Source of the DNA: Candidatus Woesebacteria bacterium RIFCSPHIGHO2_02_FULL_42_20
Lineage (GTDB): Bacteria; Patescibacteriota; Microgenomatia; UBA8517
Length of the DNA stretch: 64,000 nucleotides
Assembly (NCBI GenBank): GCA_001792535.1
Contig: MGGS01000018.1
Location: 3,432-67,431 of the forward strand
Direction of reading: 5' to 3'
In this document: in pieces, positions 1 to 9,567 of the stretch
Numbering within the stretch: the first letter of the stretch is position 1
How the letters are laid out: each line of letters starts with the position of its first letter
Made by a program: the position numbers and the translations under genes
The notes under the pieces: model-generated
What the model saw: the letters and a program-made list of their open reading frames with translations, nothing else
Database searches by the model: none
Told to the model about the DNA's origin: nothing

Positions 1-660
1 TGTGTTATCAAAATCGGAATAATACTGATAATCAACATATACACCCTTTATGTAGGAATCTTCTCCAAGAAATAGGATGTAAGGGTACTGCTCTTCACCT
101 CTTGCAACCAAGTTTTTATACAGCCCCTTTGTAACTGCGTCTTTTTTAGCATCTACTTTTAGCTTCCGAATTAATTTTTGGTAAACTTCTTTGTTTGATG
201 GATAGAAATTTAGTGCCGATACAATGTGAGGCCTACCAACAGATTCTCCTCCAGACGTTTTAAAACAATCATTTTCCGTTAGCTTAAATCCTAACTTTCT
301 AATGTTCTTTACCATTTTTTGCATCCTAATCACCCTTGCTTCCTGTGCCTTTCGACAATGCGTAAGCAGGTCCCTATTTGTGGGATCCACAAAAAGTCCA
401 ACTACATGAAGGCCACTCGTTGGTCCCCCACCTAAGTCAAGAGGCCATCCCGATGAGACTTCTATCCCGATTATCCATTTTGTGTACAAGTCTCTATTAT
501 TGTTAAGGATATTAACCACTTTACTATCCGGTAGAGAATCGTGGTCCGTAAAGGCAACCACGCCAATATTTCTTTCTTCACAAATTTCCAACACCTGTCT
601 ATGGCTAAGCTTGCCGTCCGATGTTATTGTATGACTGTGAAGTGTCTCGATCTTCTTCAT
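1..660 (-). CDS. PHP-domain phosphoesterase, histidinol-phosphatase-like, 5' part (runs off window start)
   Basis: Reverse-strand ORF starting MKKIETLHSHTITSDGKLS...VVAFTDHDSL. The HxH and D-rich metal motifs are typical of the PHP family. Start ATG at 660; no stop before position 1. Confidence 0.55.
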   Translation of the reverse strand, partial: MKKIETLHSHTITSDGKLSHRQVLEICEERNIGVVAFTDHDSLPDSKVVNILNNNRDLYTKWIIGIEVSSGWPLDLGGGPTSGLHVVGLFVDPTNRDLLTHCRKAQEARVIRMQKMVKNIRKLGFKLTENDCFKTSGGESVGRPHIVSALNFYPSNKEVYQKLIRKLKVDAKKDAVTKGLYKNLVARGEEQYPYILFLGEDSYIKGVYVDYQYYSDFDNT

Positions 661-695
661 TTTTGTTTTAGGCTTTCGATTTCTTCTTTAGTTGA

Positions 696-863
696 CTAAA
701 TCATACCGAGAAGCACGTTTTGGTCGTCGCGAACCTGGTCGGCAAAGGAGTCGCCAAACCGCGTACGGACCAACTCGCCGTTTAATTTCAATTTTTCAGC
801 ATATCTAGCTTCATAATTCTTAAGTTTAGCTTCAAGCTCTCTTACCCTGCTGGTCTTACCCAT
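696..863 (-). CDS. small hypothetical protein (55 aa)
   Basis: Hand-translated reverse ORF MGKTSRVRELEAKLKNYEARYAEKL... lying upstream of the PHP gene; below the ORF-track size cutoff. Confidence 0.2.
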   Translation of the reverse strand: MGKTSRVRELEAKLKNYEARYAEKLKLNGELVRTRFGDSFADQVRDDQNVLLGMI

Positions 864-933
864 ATTTACAGATTATAGCATTTTCATTTCTTAGTATTGA
901 CAAAAAACAATGTTACCTTTAATATTACCTTAT

Positions 934-1194
934 ATGGATACAAATATTGTAACATTTTCGGTTAGCGATTTGAGGCATGACACCACTAAAGTCTTAAAAG
1001 AGACATTAAACCGAGGGTTTGCATATCTTTTGAGGCATTCCAAACCGGAATTTGCATTGGTCGACATTAATTATTTACAGTCTCTAAGAGAGGCGTACGA
1101 AGATTACTTGGATATGCTGGAATTCGACAAAACAGTTAATCTCAAAAAAGTGCCTCTTGGAGCTCACAAAAGTAAGTTTATTGGCAATAAATGA
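934..1194 (+). CDS. Phd/YefM-family antitoxin
   Basis: Small acidic protein whose stop overlaps the next start by 4 nt; the pattern IVTFSVSDLRHDTTKVL...FALVDINYLQSL fits a Phd/YefM fold. Start may be at 910. Confidence 0.5.
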   Translation: MDTNIVTFSVSDLRHDTTKVLKETLNRGFAYLLRHSKPEFALVDINYLQSLREAYEDYLDMLEFDKTVNLKKVPLGAHKSKFIGNK

Positions 1195-1442
1195 AAACTT
1201 TCCTATCCTCCAAAGCAGATAAACAACTTACAAAACTTCCGCGCAAAATGCATGAAACGCTCCTTATTAGAATCGAGGCTCTACAAATTAATCCATTTCC
1301 ACCAAATTCGAAAAAACTACAAGGCAGAGCGGGCTGGCGAATCAGGGTCGGTGATTACCGAATTCTCTATACAGTTGATTCACGGAAAAAAGAGTTGACC
1401 GCACTGTCGATAGCCCACAGGAAAGACGCTTACAAAGAATGA
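1191..1442 (+). CDS. RelE/ParE-family toxin (mRNA interferase)
   Basis: GDYRILYTVD...ALSIAHRKDAY is the classic RelE/ParE C-terminal signature; 83 aa; translationally coupled to the upstream antitoxin. Confidence 0.7.
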   Translation: MKTFLSSKADKQLTKLPRKMHETLLIRIEALQINPFPPNSKKLQGRAGWRIRVGDYRILYTVDSRKKELTALSIAHRKDAYKE

Positions 1443-3025
1443 ACTAATTTGTATAATGTAACCCCCCCCACATCCCACTCTCCTTCAATTTTGCTCCAGC
1501 CGAAGTTTGCCACTTCCGTTTTTGGATTATGCGTCGGGTCGCATTTTTCTTTCTGCAATTCGCAGACAACAAATAACTGATCCGTCGATGTGGCCTCATA
1601 GTTTAAAGGGTCAATATCAACAACCGGGTCAAATCGCCACTCTAAAATATATTGATAAGCATCTTCGTAATTTCGCTCAGCGATCACGGCTATATTGAAT
1701 CTGGCAAAATTTGACTCCTCAACAATTTTGTCTGCCACTTCAAGGCTCCTCTGCAGCTGCCGGTTGAGGGAATACCTCAATGGATTGCCCGCCAAATTAA
1801 CCAGAACCAGGTAGCCAACCGTAAGCACTAAAATTATTTTTCCGACTCTATTTGACTTTTTCCAAATAAAACTAAACAGAGTACCCAAAAATATAAATAT
1901 GGCTGGGAATAAAAACCCAAAATAATGATCGTAGATTTGTTGTTTATATAGCGAGAGGCCGATTATACCGAAACCTAACCACGCCAAGACAAGCAAAAAT
2001 GATGTCTGAAAAACAAGTTTTCGTTTTCTAATGCTCTCATAAATAGCCCAAGCTAAAGTCCAAATGCTTCCCCAAGTCACAATATAAGTAGCGTTGATAT
2101 CGCCTGCTCCAACCAAACTGGAATTAATCTGATCATAAATAGGCAAAGTCTTATCCAAATTCGCCCACGGCTTGGCCGATACCGTAGTCTGGCGCTCAAG
2201 GAAAAATTTCTTGATGGCTGCGGCGTTTTGCCAGTCGTGCCGGGCGTCAAAGACAGCCAGTGGAGACATAAGCCCTACGAAAATGATAAAAGCCAATAAA
2301 GTATTTCGCAGGAAATTTACAAATTCCAATTTCCAATTTTCAAACAATTTCAAAATTCTAATTTTTACAAATACAAAAAGCAAAAAAACTAAAATAGTTG
2401 GTAATAAAAGTAGTCCTAAATAGTGACTTTGCAGAACAAAGGCAAAGGATGTTCCAAGAATTAGATACCATATTACTTTACCTTTTTTGAAAATTTTCCA
2501 TAAAGAATACATCGACAAAATGGCAAAAAAAGGCATTATATTAGGATTCCATGAAGAGTGTGAATAAGTAATTACAACAGGGGAAATCGCATAAAAGAAT
2601 GCGGCAATCCATGCCGCTTTCACCCCGAACCACTCACGAGAAACAAACCAAACCATAAACACAGTTGCTACCCCCAACACTGCTATACCAACAGCCGGGC
2701 CAGCAGGGCTTAGCCCAAACAAAAACAGCCAAGGTGCCATGAAATAGTAATACAGCGGGCCCAAATACATATTACCGATCGATGTCCCAGGTCCTATCAG
2801 AATAGGATCCAGAAAGACAAGTAAGCGTCGGACAATGATAGCGTCCCTACCCTCATCGCCTAAAAACGTCATGTATTCGGAAATTCGCCAAAGTCTAAAA
2901 AATGCCGAAAGAGCAAGAATTAGCAACAAAAAAATAAATTCTTTTTGATTAATTTTTATCTTTTTCTTTATTTTTTCGCTAATCACCAACCACCAGTCAC
3001 CAATCACTATTTTAGTTTTTGCCAT
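1430..3025 (-). CDS. GT-C fold membrane glycosyltransferase (ArnT/PMT-like, GT39/GT83 type)
   Basis: 531 aa with many TM helices; DEGR motif in the first extracytoplasmic loop (YMTFLGDEGRDAI); adjacent to a polyprenyl-phosphate GT2. Confidence 0.55.
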   Translation of the reverse strand: MAKTKIVIGDWWLVISEKIKKKIKINQKEFIFLLLILALSAFFRLWRISEYMTFLGDEGRDAIIVRRLLVFLDPILIGPGTSIGNMYLGPLYYYFMAPWLFLFGLSPAGPAVGIAVLGVATVFMVWFVSREWFGVKAAWIAAFFYAISPVVITYSHSSWNPNIMPFFAILSMYSLWKIFKKGKVIWYLILGTSFAFVLQSHYLGLLLLPTILVFLLFVFVKIRILKLFENWKLEFVNFLRNTLLAFIIFVGLMSPLAVFDARHDWQNAAAIKKFFLERQTTVSAKPWANLDKTLPIYDQINSSLVGAGDINATYIVTWGSIWTLAWAIYESIRKRKLVFQTSFLLVLAWLGFGIIGLSLYKQQIYDHYFGFLFPAIFIFLGTLFSFIWKKSNRVGKIILVLTVGYLVLVNLAGNPLRYSLNRQLQRSLEVADKIVEESNFARFNIAVIAERNYEDAYQYILEWRFDPVVDIDPLNYEATSTDQLFVVCELQKEKCDPTHNPKTEVANFGWSKIEGEWDVGGVTLYKLVHSL

Positions 3026-3717
3026 AATTTGAGTAAATCTACAAAACTTTTGATTATAACCTTAATACTTGCCCCCGTCTGACTTCCATAAACACGAGGA
3101 AAGTGATGCACACCTACCTCCGCAATTTTAAATCCTGCTTTCTTTGCCTTTGCCAGTAATTCCGGAGATATCATGCCTCCGCGAGTTGATTCTAAACACG
3201 GAATCTTATCCAACACATCTTTCTTAACCAATTTAAACGAACAATCTACATCTCTCACGTTAATACCCAAAAGCAAGTTTGCAAGTATTGTCCAACCAAA
3301 GCCGTTAATTTTGCGGAGCAGGGAGTCGCTCCTGGCCATACGAAAACCGACAACTACATCATAACCCTGAGAGGCTTTCAGATATAACTTGTTAATTTCC
3401 GAAAAGTCAAATTGCCCGTCTGCATCAATAGTCGCCACCCAATTATACCTCGCGTTATAAAAACCTGATTTTAAAGCTTCCCCATAGCCCTTATTTACTT
3501 TATGAGTGATGACTCTAATCTTTGGATCGCCAGCCTTGAGTTTATCCGCCACCAACCCCGTTTTATCACTTGAACCGTCGTTAACAATAATCACTTCCCA
3601 TTTCCCAGCTACCGTCTTAAGCACCCGGATTGCCTTTAATACTGTAGCCTTTAAATTTTTCTCTTCGTTAAAGGCCGGGAAAAAAACAGACAAGGAGTCG
3701 ATTAAATATCTGCCCAT
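3007..3717 (-). CDS. GT2 polyprenyl-phosphate sugar transferase (ArnC/DPM1/GtrB-like)
   Basis: FPAFNEEKNL...IIVNDGSSDKT...DADGQ: GT-A DXD and catalytic motifs. Confidence 0.8.
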   Translation of the reverse strand: MGRYLIDSLSVFFPAFNEEKNLKATVLKAIRVLKTVAGKWEVIIVNDGSSDKTGLVADKLKAGDPKIRVITHKVNKGYGEALKSGFYNARYNWVATIDADGQFDFSEINKLYLKASQGYDVVVGFRMARSDSLLRKINGFGWTILANLLLGINVRDVDCSFKLVKKDVLDKIPCLESTRGGMISPELLAKAKKAGFKIAEVGVHHFPRVYGSQTGASIKVIIKSFVDLLKLWQKLK

Positions 3718-3757
3718 ATGATATTATCGTAAGTATATCAAAAAACTACTGATCATA

Positions 3758-4879
3758 TTGCTATTTACCGTCGTCCCGACCTTTTTGGTGTGGTTGCCTT
3801 TCCTGCTCAAATCTGAAAGCTTTTTGGGAATACCGCTGCCCCAAAACGGTTTACAAACAGTGGTTGCCAATTACGACGGCCCGCTTTACCTTGTCGTAAC
3901 CAAGACATTATATTCGGCGAATCTAATCAAAGAAAATTTTGCGTTTCCCCTCCCTGTCGAATATTATGCGGCACACTTCCCGTTATTTCCCGTTCTAATT
4001 AGATTATTTGCAAATATCACTTATGCTCCATATGCCATGCTTATAGTAACCGTTGCCTCCGCATTTATCGCACATCTCTATTTTTTCAAACTGGCAAGAA
4101 CCTATCTAGACACAGAGAAGTCGATGTTCCTTACTGCCATTTTTTCGATTTTTCCGGCACGGTGGTTGATCGTACGGTCGGTAGGGTCACCCGAACCTTT
4201 ATTTATTGCGGCAATTATCGCAGCAATTTATTACTTTAAAAACAAAAAATATCTACTCTCGGGCATATTCGGAGCCGCTGCTCAACTAACCAAATCGCCG
4301 GGGATCTTACTTTTTATTGCCTTTGTGGGAGTTTGGGCAATAGACACTCTGCAAAAAATGTCTATCGTAAACAAAAACTTCAAATATCACTTTTCACCCA
4401 AAGCACTAGCAATCCTTTTAATCCCCGCTAGTCTCCTGGCTGTTTTTTGCATATATAAACTAACCTTTGGAAGTTTTACCGCATACTTTAGCTCGGGAGA
4501 CAACATACACATCTTTTTTCCGCCCTTTCAAATCTTTAATTACTCGGCGCCTTGGGTTGGAACGTTTTGGTTAGAAGAGATTCTTTTCATTTATTCATTG
4601 GGTCTTCTTGGAGTAATTCATTTGATTAAAGACAAGGATTATATACCTGCAACTTTCTCTTTGGTTTTTTTTCTCACTTTAATTTTCGTGTCGCATAGAG
4701 ATTTACTTAGATACTCGCTTCCATTAGTTCCGTTTGTTCTCATTTCCTTTAGGAAACTGCTTGTTTCAAAAGAGTTCAAAATCGTCTTTCTTTTCTTGCT
4801 TGTCCCAATTTATCTTTATAGTATTAGTTTTGTTTCTCAAAATGTGATGCACATTTCCGACTGGACGCCTTTCTTGTGA
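3758..4879 (+). CDS. polytopic integral membrane protein, possible GT-C glycosyltransferase
   Basis: 373 aa with about 10 hydrophobic helices, embedded in the glycosylation cluster. Confidence 0.35.
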   Translation: MLFTVVPTFLVWLPFLLKSESFLGIPLPQNGLQTVVANYDGPLYLVVTKTLYSANLIKENFAFPLPVEYYAAHFPLFPVLIRLFANITYAPYAMLIVTVASAFIAHLYFFKLARTYLDTEKSMFLTAIFSIFPARWLIVRSVGSPEPLFIAAIIAAIYYFKNKKYLLSGIFGAAAQLTKSPGILLFIAFVGVWAIDTLQKMSIVNKNFKYHFSPKALAILLIPASLLAVFCIYKLTFGSFTAYFSSGDNIHIFFPPFQIFNYSAPWVGTFWLEEILFIYSLGLLGVIHLIKDKDYIPATFSLVFFLTLIFVSHRDLLRYSLPLVPFVLISFRKLLVSKEFKIVFLFLLVPIYLYSISFVSQNVMHISDWTPFL

Positions 4880-5206
4880 CAATCAGCCGTACGCCAGCGC
4901 AAGTCGTTAATTAAGAAACGACAGAATTACAACAGGATCTTCCCGGTCTTTATCTTCATAGCCATCAATTAGCTCTTTGACACCGGATCGGGTAGTCTGA
5001 TCTCCAAAATCTTCAGTTAGCCATCTCGTCGGTACGAACCAAAAACCCCATCGGAAGGGGCACGGATCCGTAAGGTTTACCAAGCTCGAGCCTCTGGATA
5101 GATACATCGTTGGCGATCAAGATCTGATGAGGAATCTTTTCATCAACCAGCCGCTGTAAAAATGCCAACACGTCAGAAAATATAGATTAAAAGCTTCTGC
5201 CAAAAA

Positions 5207-6418
5207 CTATCTATTGCGGCGAAAGGGAGATTTCCAAGTTTTCCAGATAAACAAGTTGTACATCGTATAGTTAAAGGCTAAAACCAAAGGCATAGCCACT
5301 AGAATACCAAGCTGGCGAATCAACCGCGTATCTCCCAGTCCCAACACCATCACACCAATTACCACAAACTGAATTACAATAGCTCCGACCGAAGTCAAAT
5401 TAAATTCCAAAAACTTTCTTGCCAGCTGCACTGGACTTGTTATTTTCACGTCTTTAAATGTCCAAATATTATTCCATGTAAAATTGCTAACTATTGCGGC
5501 TTCTGCCGCAAGCGCGGCGGCCCAAGCAGAAGATTCCGCCATAAAGGCTAAGAGGCTGTTTTTTAATCCGGACACCATCCTTGCTAGAGAAAGAGTAACA
5601 GGGGTACCCGCAAAAAGCTCCAACGCGACAGCGTTTACCAAGTAACCCACAAAACCGACGATGCCAAATTTTATAAATCTCTTCTTGTCACGGATACCCA
5701 ATATTATTGCAACTTTGAACGTGGCTATCATTTCTTTTGTGTTAAATTTTGATTTATCGGTCACTCTTGGCCTAAATTCCAAAGGCACCTCAACAACTTT
5801 TTTTGCATTCTTAATTGACTGGTGCATCAGATCAACTTTATAGGCAAAGCGCTCCCGTTCCATCAGGTTATCGAGATCGATTTTGTTTAGTACTCCATCT
5901 ACCTTTGTTAATCTAAAACCTGTAGTGAGATCATGAATTGAAGGCTTAACTAAAACCATACGGATAAATAAGTTGCCTGCAAAACTAATAAATTTTCGAA
6001 AAAATTCCCACTCTTTCGGAACCGACCCTCCTGGGATATAACGAGAACCGATCACGTAATCCGCGCCAGTTAGATAGGCATCGACCATTGGTTTTACAAA
6101 TTGGGGAGGATGCTGACCATCAGCATCCATTTCCATGACGGCGTCCGCTTTGAGTCTATCTACGGCATATCGAAAACCAACGACGTAAGCGTTTCCCAAC
6201 CCCTTGTTATTACCCTGCTGGATTATATGAAGATTCTTCCGCTCTTTCATTTCAGTCTCGACAACCTGGGTCATCCCGTCTGAAGAATTATTATCAGCAA
6301 CCAACATGTGCATTTCCGCGTTGATTCTGGGAAACTCAACATCAAACAATGTGTCGATCATTTTTTTGATGTTGTCTTTTTCATTCCAAGCTGCCATTAC
6401 GATTACGACTTTTTTCAT
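5207..6418 (-). CDS. GT2 polyprenyl-phosphate glycosyltransferase fused to a C-terminal GtrA-like membrane domain
   Basis: MKKVVIVMAAWNEKDNI...DADGQHPP N-terminal GT2 domain; C-terminal about 120 aa with four TM helices, GtrA-like. Likely start at the internal Met (6418). Confidence 0.7.
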   Translation of the reverse strand: MKKVVIVMAAWNEKDNIKKMIDTLFDVEFPRINAEMHMLVADNNSSDGMTQVVETEMKERKNLHIIQQGNNKGLGNAYVVGFRYAVDRLKADAVMEMDADGQHPPQFVKPMVDAYLTGADYVIGSRYIPGGSVPKEWEFFRKFISFAGNLFIRMVLVKPSIHDLTTGFRLTKVDGVLNKIDLDNLMERERFAYKVDLMHQSIKNAKKVVEVPLEFRPRVTDKSKFNTKEMIATFKVAIILGIRDKKRFIKFGIVGFVGYLVNAVALELFAGTPVTLSLARMVSGLKNSLLAFMAESSAWAAALAAEAAIVSNFTWNNIWTFKDVKITSPVQLARKFLEFNLTSVGAIVIQFVVIGVMVLGLGDTRLIRQLGILVAMPLVLAFNYTMYNLFIWKTWKSPFRRNR

Positions 6419-6434
6419 AACATTTAAGTATATA

Positions 6435-7226
6435 CTACTCAAATAGAGTTAGTGCACCGAAAAGCGCGGCATGCTCCCCAAGGGAAGAAATTTTGAACTT
6501 TGGCACAGGATAAATTTTCAAATAGTCTTTAAGCAAGGACCTCAATCGATAAACTTTTTCGCTCTTGTTTAAAGCAACGCCGCCGCCAAAAATTACCAAC
6601 TTAGTAGGCCTGACAACTAGTACATTGGTTATTCCCTTGGCCATAACAGGTAGTATTTTATTCCAATTCTCCTCTTCCAAATCTTCCGCGCCCTTGCCAA
6701 AGTTTCTCTTAATTCCTGCTCCGCCTACAATTGCCTCTAGCTCCTTGCCGCCTTCGACAATTTGGTGACCAGGCTCAAACCTGTCAACTACTAATTTGCC
6801 CCCAGACAGTTTTATTTCAGTTCCTCCGATTGCTGTACCCCAAATAAAAAAAACAAATTCTTGATCCCTACCTCCTCCGTATGTAGCTTCCCCAATGGCT
6901 GCTAAGGTCGTATCGTTCTCCGCCTTTACAGGACAAGTAAATTCGTTCTCCAAGTCGTGAACAATTTTTCTCCCATTCCAATCAAGCAAATTCGGGCAAA
7001 TCACGACCTCTTTATTCTCGTCCTCCAACGTCCCCGGGATGCCTATTCCCACGCCTTTTAATTCCTCCGAGGATAACTTGTCAACTGTATGGAGAATATT
7101 TTTTAAATCAAGTTTGTAATCATTATTTACGTCAAATTTCTCAAACTCAACAATCTTGGGGTTACTCAGCCCGTCAAAAGAGGCAATTTTAATATTTGTT
7201 CCGCCCACATCAATGCCGATATACAT
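6435..7226 (-). CDS. ROK-family/BadF-type sugar kinase (glucokinase-like)
   Basis: MYIGIDVGGTNIK N-terminal ATPase motif; start placed at the internal Met preceding this motif. Confidence 0.65.
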   Translation of the reverse strand: MYIGIDVGGTNIKIASFDGLSNPKIVEFEKFDVNNDYKLDLKNILHTVDKLSSEELKGVGIGIPGTLEDENKEVVICPNLLDWNGRKIVHDLENEFTCPVKAENDTTLAAIGEATYGGGRDQEFVFFIWGTAIGGTEIKLSGGKLVVDRFEPGHQIVEGGKELEAIVGGAGIKRNFGKGAEDLEEENWNKILPVMAKGITNVLVVRPTKLVIFGGGVALNKSEKVYRLRSLLKDYLKIYPVPKFKISSLGEHAALFGALTLFE

Positions 7227-7303
7227 ATTTCGATTATAGTACATAAAGATCAACAAGTTATGTTTTAGTTCCAAAAACGACTATGGGATGATATAATTGG
7301 GAC

Positions 7304-8128
7304 ATGTCAGTTGAGGTTGGCAAAGGCGGATTATATTTTTTAAAACAGGCGGCAGCATCTATTCTGCCCCCAGATTATTACGTCCGGATACGGACCATGA
7401 TGCACGGCGCAATCGACAGAGTTAAGTACCCTCGAATTATCCCTGTTAATATCGGCAACACAAGTTTTATATTAGAGGTACAAAATAGACGGCAAGCAGA
7501 TATGATAGACGGTCGATACAATGAGGTAGATTTTACTCTTGCACTCCAAGATAGATTGCGTGAAGATGATATAATTTATAACGTGGGTGCTGCGTATGGA
7601 TTGCTCGCTTTACCTCTTGGTATGCGCTGTCCAAATACGGTTGACGTATTTGCTTTTGAACCCGATTATGAGCTTGGAATAGATCTAGCTCAAAATATAC
7701 TACTCAACAATGCTGGAAATATTCACCCATATCAAATAGCTATTGGCAACTTTAACGGTACAGTTGATCTACAAACAAGCGGGCGAGGCGGCAACGCACC
7801 TCAAACTACCGGAACGTGTAACGCCGGGTTTATGTTTAGGCGTCCAGTTACTCTGCGTAGCATAGAATCGCTAGTTTCTAATAGTGGATTACCAGCACCA
7901 ACTTTTTTAACGGTAGATGTCGAGGGATACGCGATGCATGTTTTGGAGGGGTTAAGAAATATCAAACCAAGAGTGATTGCGATAGAGGTTCACCCCGGAC
8001 GCGGCGGCATAAAACCAGAAACTCTGGCTGGTATAGAAGATTCTATCGGCCCGGATTATAAAATTGTATACAACAAACCTAGAGGTGGAGAAATACATAC
8101 TATTTGGGCTTCCAGCGCTTGGGAATAA
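7304..8128 (+). CDS. FkbM-family methyltransferase
   Basis: NVGAAYGLLAL...VFAFEPDYELGIDLAQNILLNNAGNIHPYQIAIGNFNGTVDL matches the FkbM SAM-methyltransferase pattern. Confidence 0.55.
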   Translation: MSVEVGKGGLYFLKQAAASILPPDYYVRIRTMMHGAIDRVKYPRIIPVNIGNTSFILEVQNRRQADMIDGRYNEVDFTLALQDRLREDDIIYNVGAAYGLLALPLGMRCPNTVDVFAFEPDYELGIDLAQNILLNNAGNIHPYQIAIGNFNGTVDLQTSGRGGNAPQTTGTCNAGFMFRRPVTLRSIESLVSNSGLPAPTFLTVDVEGYAMHVLEGLRNIKPRVIAIEVHPGRGGIKPETLAGIEDSIGPDYKIVYNKPRGGEIHTIWASSAWE

Positions 8129-8285
8129 ACTTGCCCAGACTCAATACCAACTTTATAAGCAAGTAATTCCAAAGGAAGTTAACTACAAGCATACTTAGCA
8201 AAAAGCCAGCAGTACTCATGTTAATGACATCCTCCCCGGTCTAACAAGCGGGGTTTCCCTCCAAAGGAGGATGACATATCAGCGT

Positions 8286-8579
8286 TCAATTCATCCCCGT
8301 GCTTACGCACGGGGTTTTCTTGAATGCTGTTATAAAGTTTCCTGCCAATAAAAGCGATGGCAAGCCAAGTATATAGAACACTGCCGTACTTGCTTTGCAA
8401 AAAAGAAAAATACCCTCGATGCTGCCGGCCATCGCACATCCGAATGCCGGGATAAAACTCAACATTCCGATTATCGACAAGGCTAATGATAAGATGAATA
8501 TCTTATTGTTTTTTCTCATAAAATAATTTTCAAAATATATTTCGCCTAACGTTCGGTATATCTGATGTCCCGCCGACAC
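8286..8579 (-). CDS. hypothetical small membrane protein
   Basis: 97-aa ORF with two hydrophobic helices; weak support. Confidence 0.2.
   Translation of the reverse strand: MSAGHQIYRTLGEIYFENYFMRKNNKIFILSLALSIIGMLSFIPAFGCAMAGSIEGIFLFCKASTAVFYILGLPSLLLAGNFITAFKKTPCVSTGMN
8295..8321 (+). terminator. rho-independent terminator (ccccgtgc-ttac-gcacgggg followed by a T-run)
   Basis: 8-bp GC stem with a tetraloop followed by ttttctt, read directly from the sequence. Confidence 0.5.
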
Positions 8580-8736
8580 CTTGATCTATTTTACCAATTT
8601 TCGGCGGGATATGGGAGAGTGCCGAGCCGAGGCACTCTCCAGACATACTGTGTTGTCCAAGGGTGAGCGACGTTAGGAGTGAAAGCGCAGCGTCCCCTTG
8701 AGTTCAAACCTGAGAAGCTTTGGATAAATAACCTAC

Positions 8737-9507
8737 TTAGTTTTTAATCGTTTTTTGCTTAATCTTAAATATTTGACCAGTAATATGATCGGATCGAGAA
8801 GATGCAAGAAATTCGACTAAGTCAGCAACATATTTTGGCTGAAGACACTCGTCTTTTGAATCTGGGAAAAATGTTTGTACCCCCGCGGTCCAAACATACC
8901 AAGGGGAAACTGCATTAACTTGAATTAGTTTATTGCGGAGCTCAACAGATAAAAGTTTTGTAAATTCATCCAGATATTTTTTGGATGCAAGATAAGGAAG
9001 CCAACCTTTTTCTTCTTCGGAGGAATCACCAGTGATATTAATTATCTTCCCACCTGAATTTATCAATGGAATAAGTTGTTGAGTTAAGATGGTTGTACCA
9101 GTAATACCAACATCAAATATCTCTTGAATTCGTTGAATGTCATGATCCTCAAAAGTAACACCATAATAGGCTTCCTTATCGTTATGCCAAACACCAGCAG
9201 CATTGACTAAAATATCAACGTTTTTATAATCTTTTTTTATCTTAGAAACAAAACTTTTTATCTCACTTTGTTTTGATAAATCCACTGAAAAAATTTTTCC
9301 TTTGCCCTTCTTCTTTTCGATAATTCTAAGAGTTTCTTGCAACCCGTTTTTATTTCTGCCCACCATTATGCAAAAAACACCTTTTTGGCTAAGAGCAACC
9401 ACGATTTCTCTACCAATTCCGATACTGGCACCAGTGATGATAGCAATTTTTGATTTGGTCATAGAATTAACTTTGGTTATATTTAATCTCAGGTTTGAAT
9501 TTCGCAC
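8737..9507 (-). CDS. SDR-family short-chain dehydrogenase/reductase
   Basis: IAIITGASIGIGREI (TGxxxGxG) and an NAAG motif. Confidence 0.85.
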   Translation of the reverse strand: MRNSNLRLNITKVNSMTKSKIAIITGASIGIGREIVVALSQKGVFCIMVGRNKNGLQETLRIIEKKKGKGKIFSVDLSKQSEIKSFVSKIKKDYKNVDILVNAAGVWHNDKEAYYGVTFEDHDIQRIQEIFDVGITGTTILTQQLIPLINSGGKIINITGDSSEEEKGWLPYLASKKYLDEFTKLLSVELRNKLIQVNAVSPWYVWTAGVQTFFPDSKDECLQPKYVADLVEFLASSRSDHITGQIFKIKQKTIKN

Positions 9508-9567
9508 AACTAGTGTTTATGCGAATATTTGTTCGTATAAACCGTAAAATTGTGATAATATAGTATC

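Noticed and set aside
4880-5206. 66-aa reverse ORF and small hairpins between convergent genes
   Set aside because: It has no RBS or motif, and the region is more simply a convergent intergenic spacer.
8690-8720. tRNA-like T-arm candidate (gagttcaaacctgag)
   Set aside because: Flanking 5-nt stems do not pair (ttgag versus ctgag) and no acceptor or anticodon arms could be built, so it is not a tRNA.
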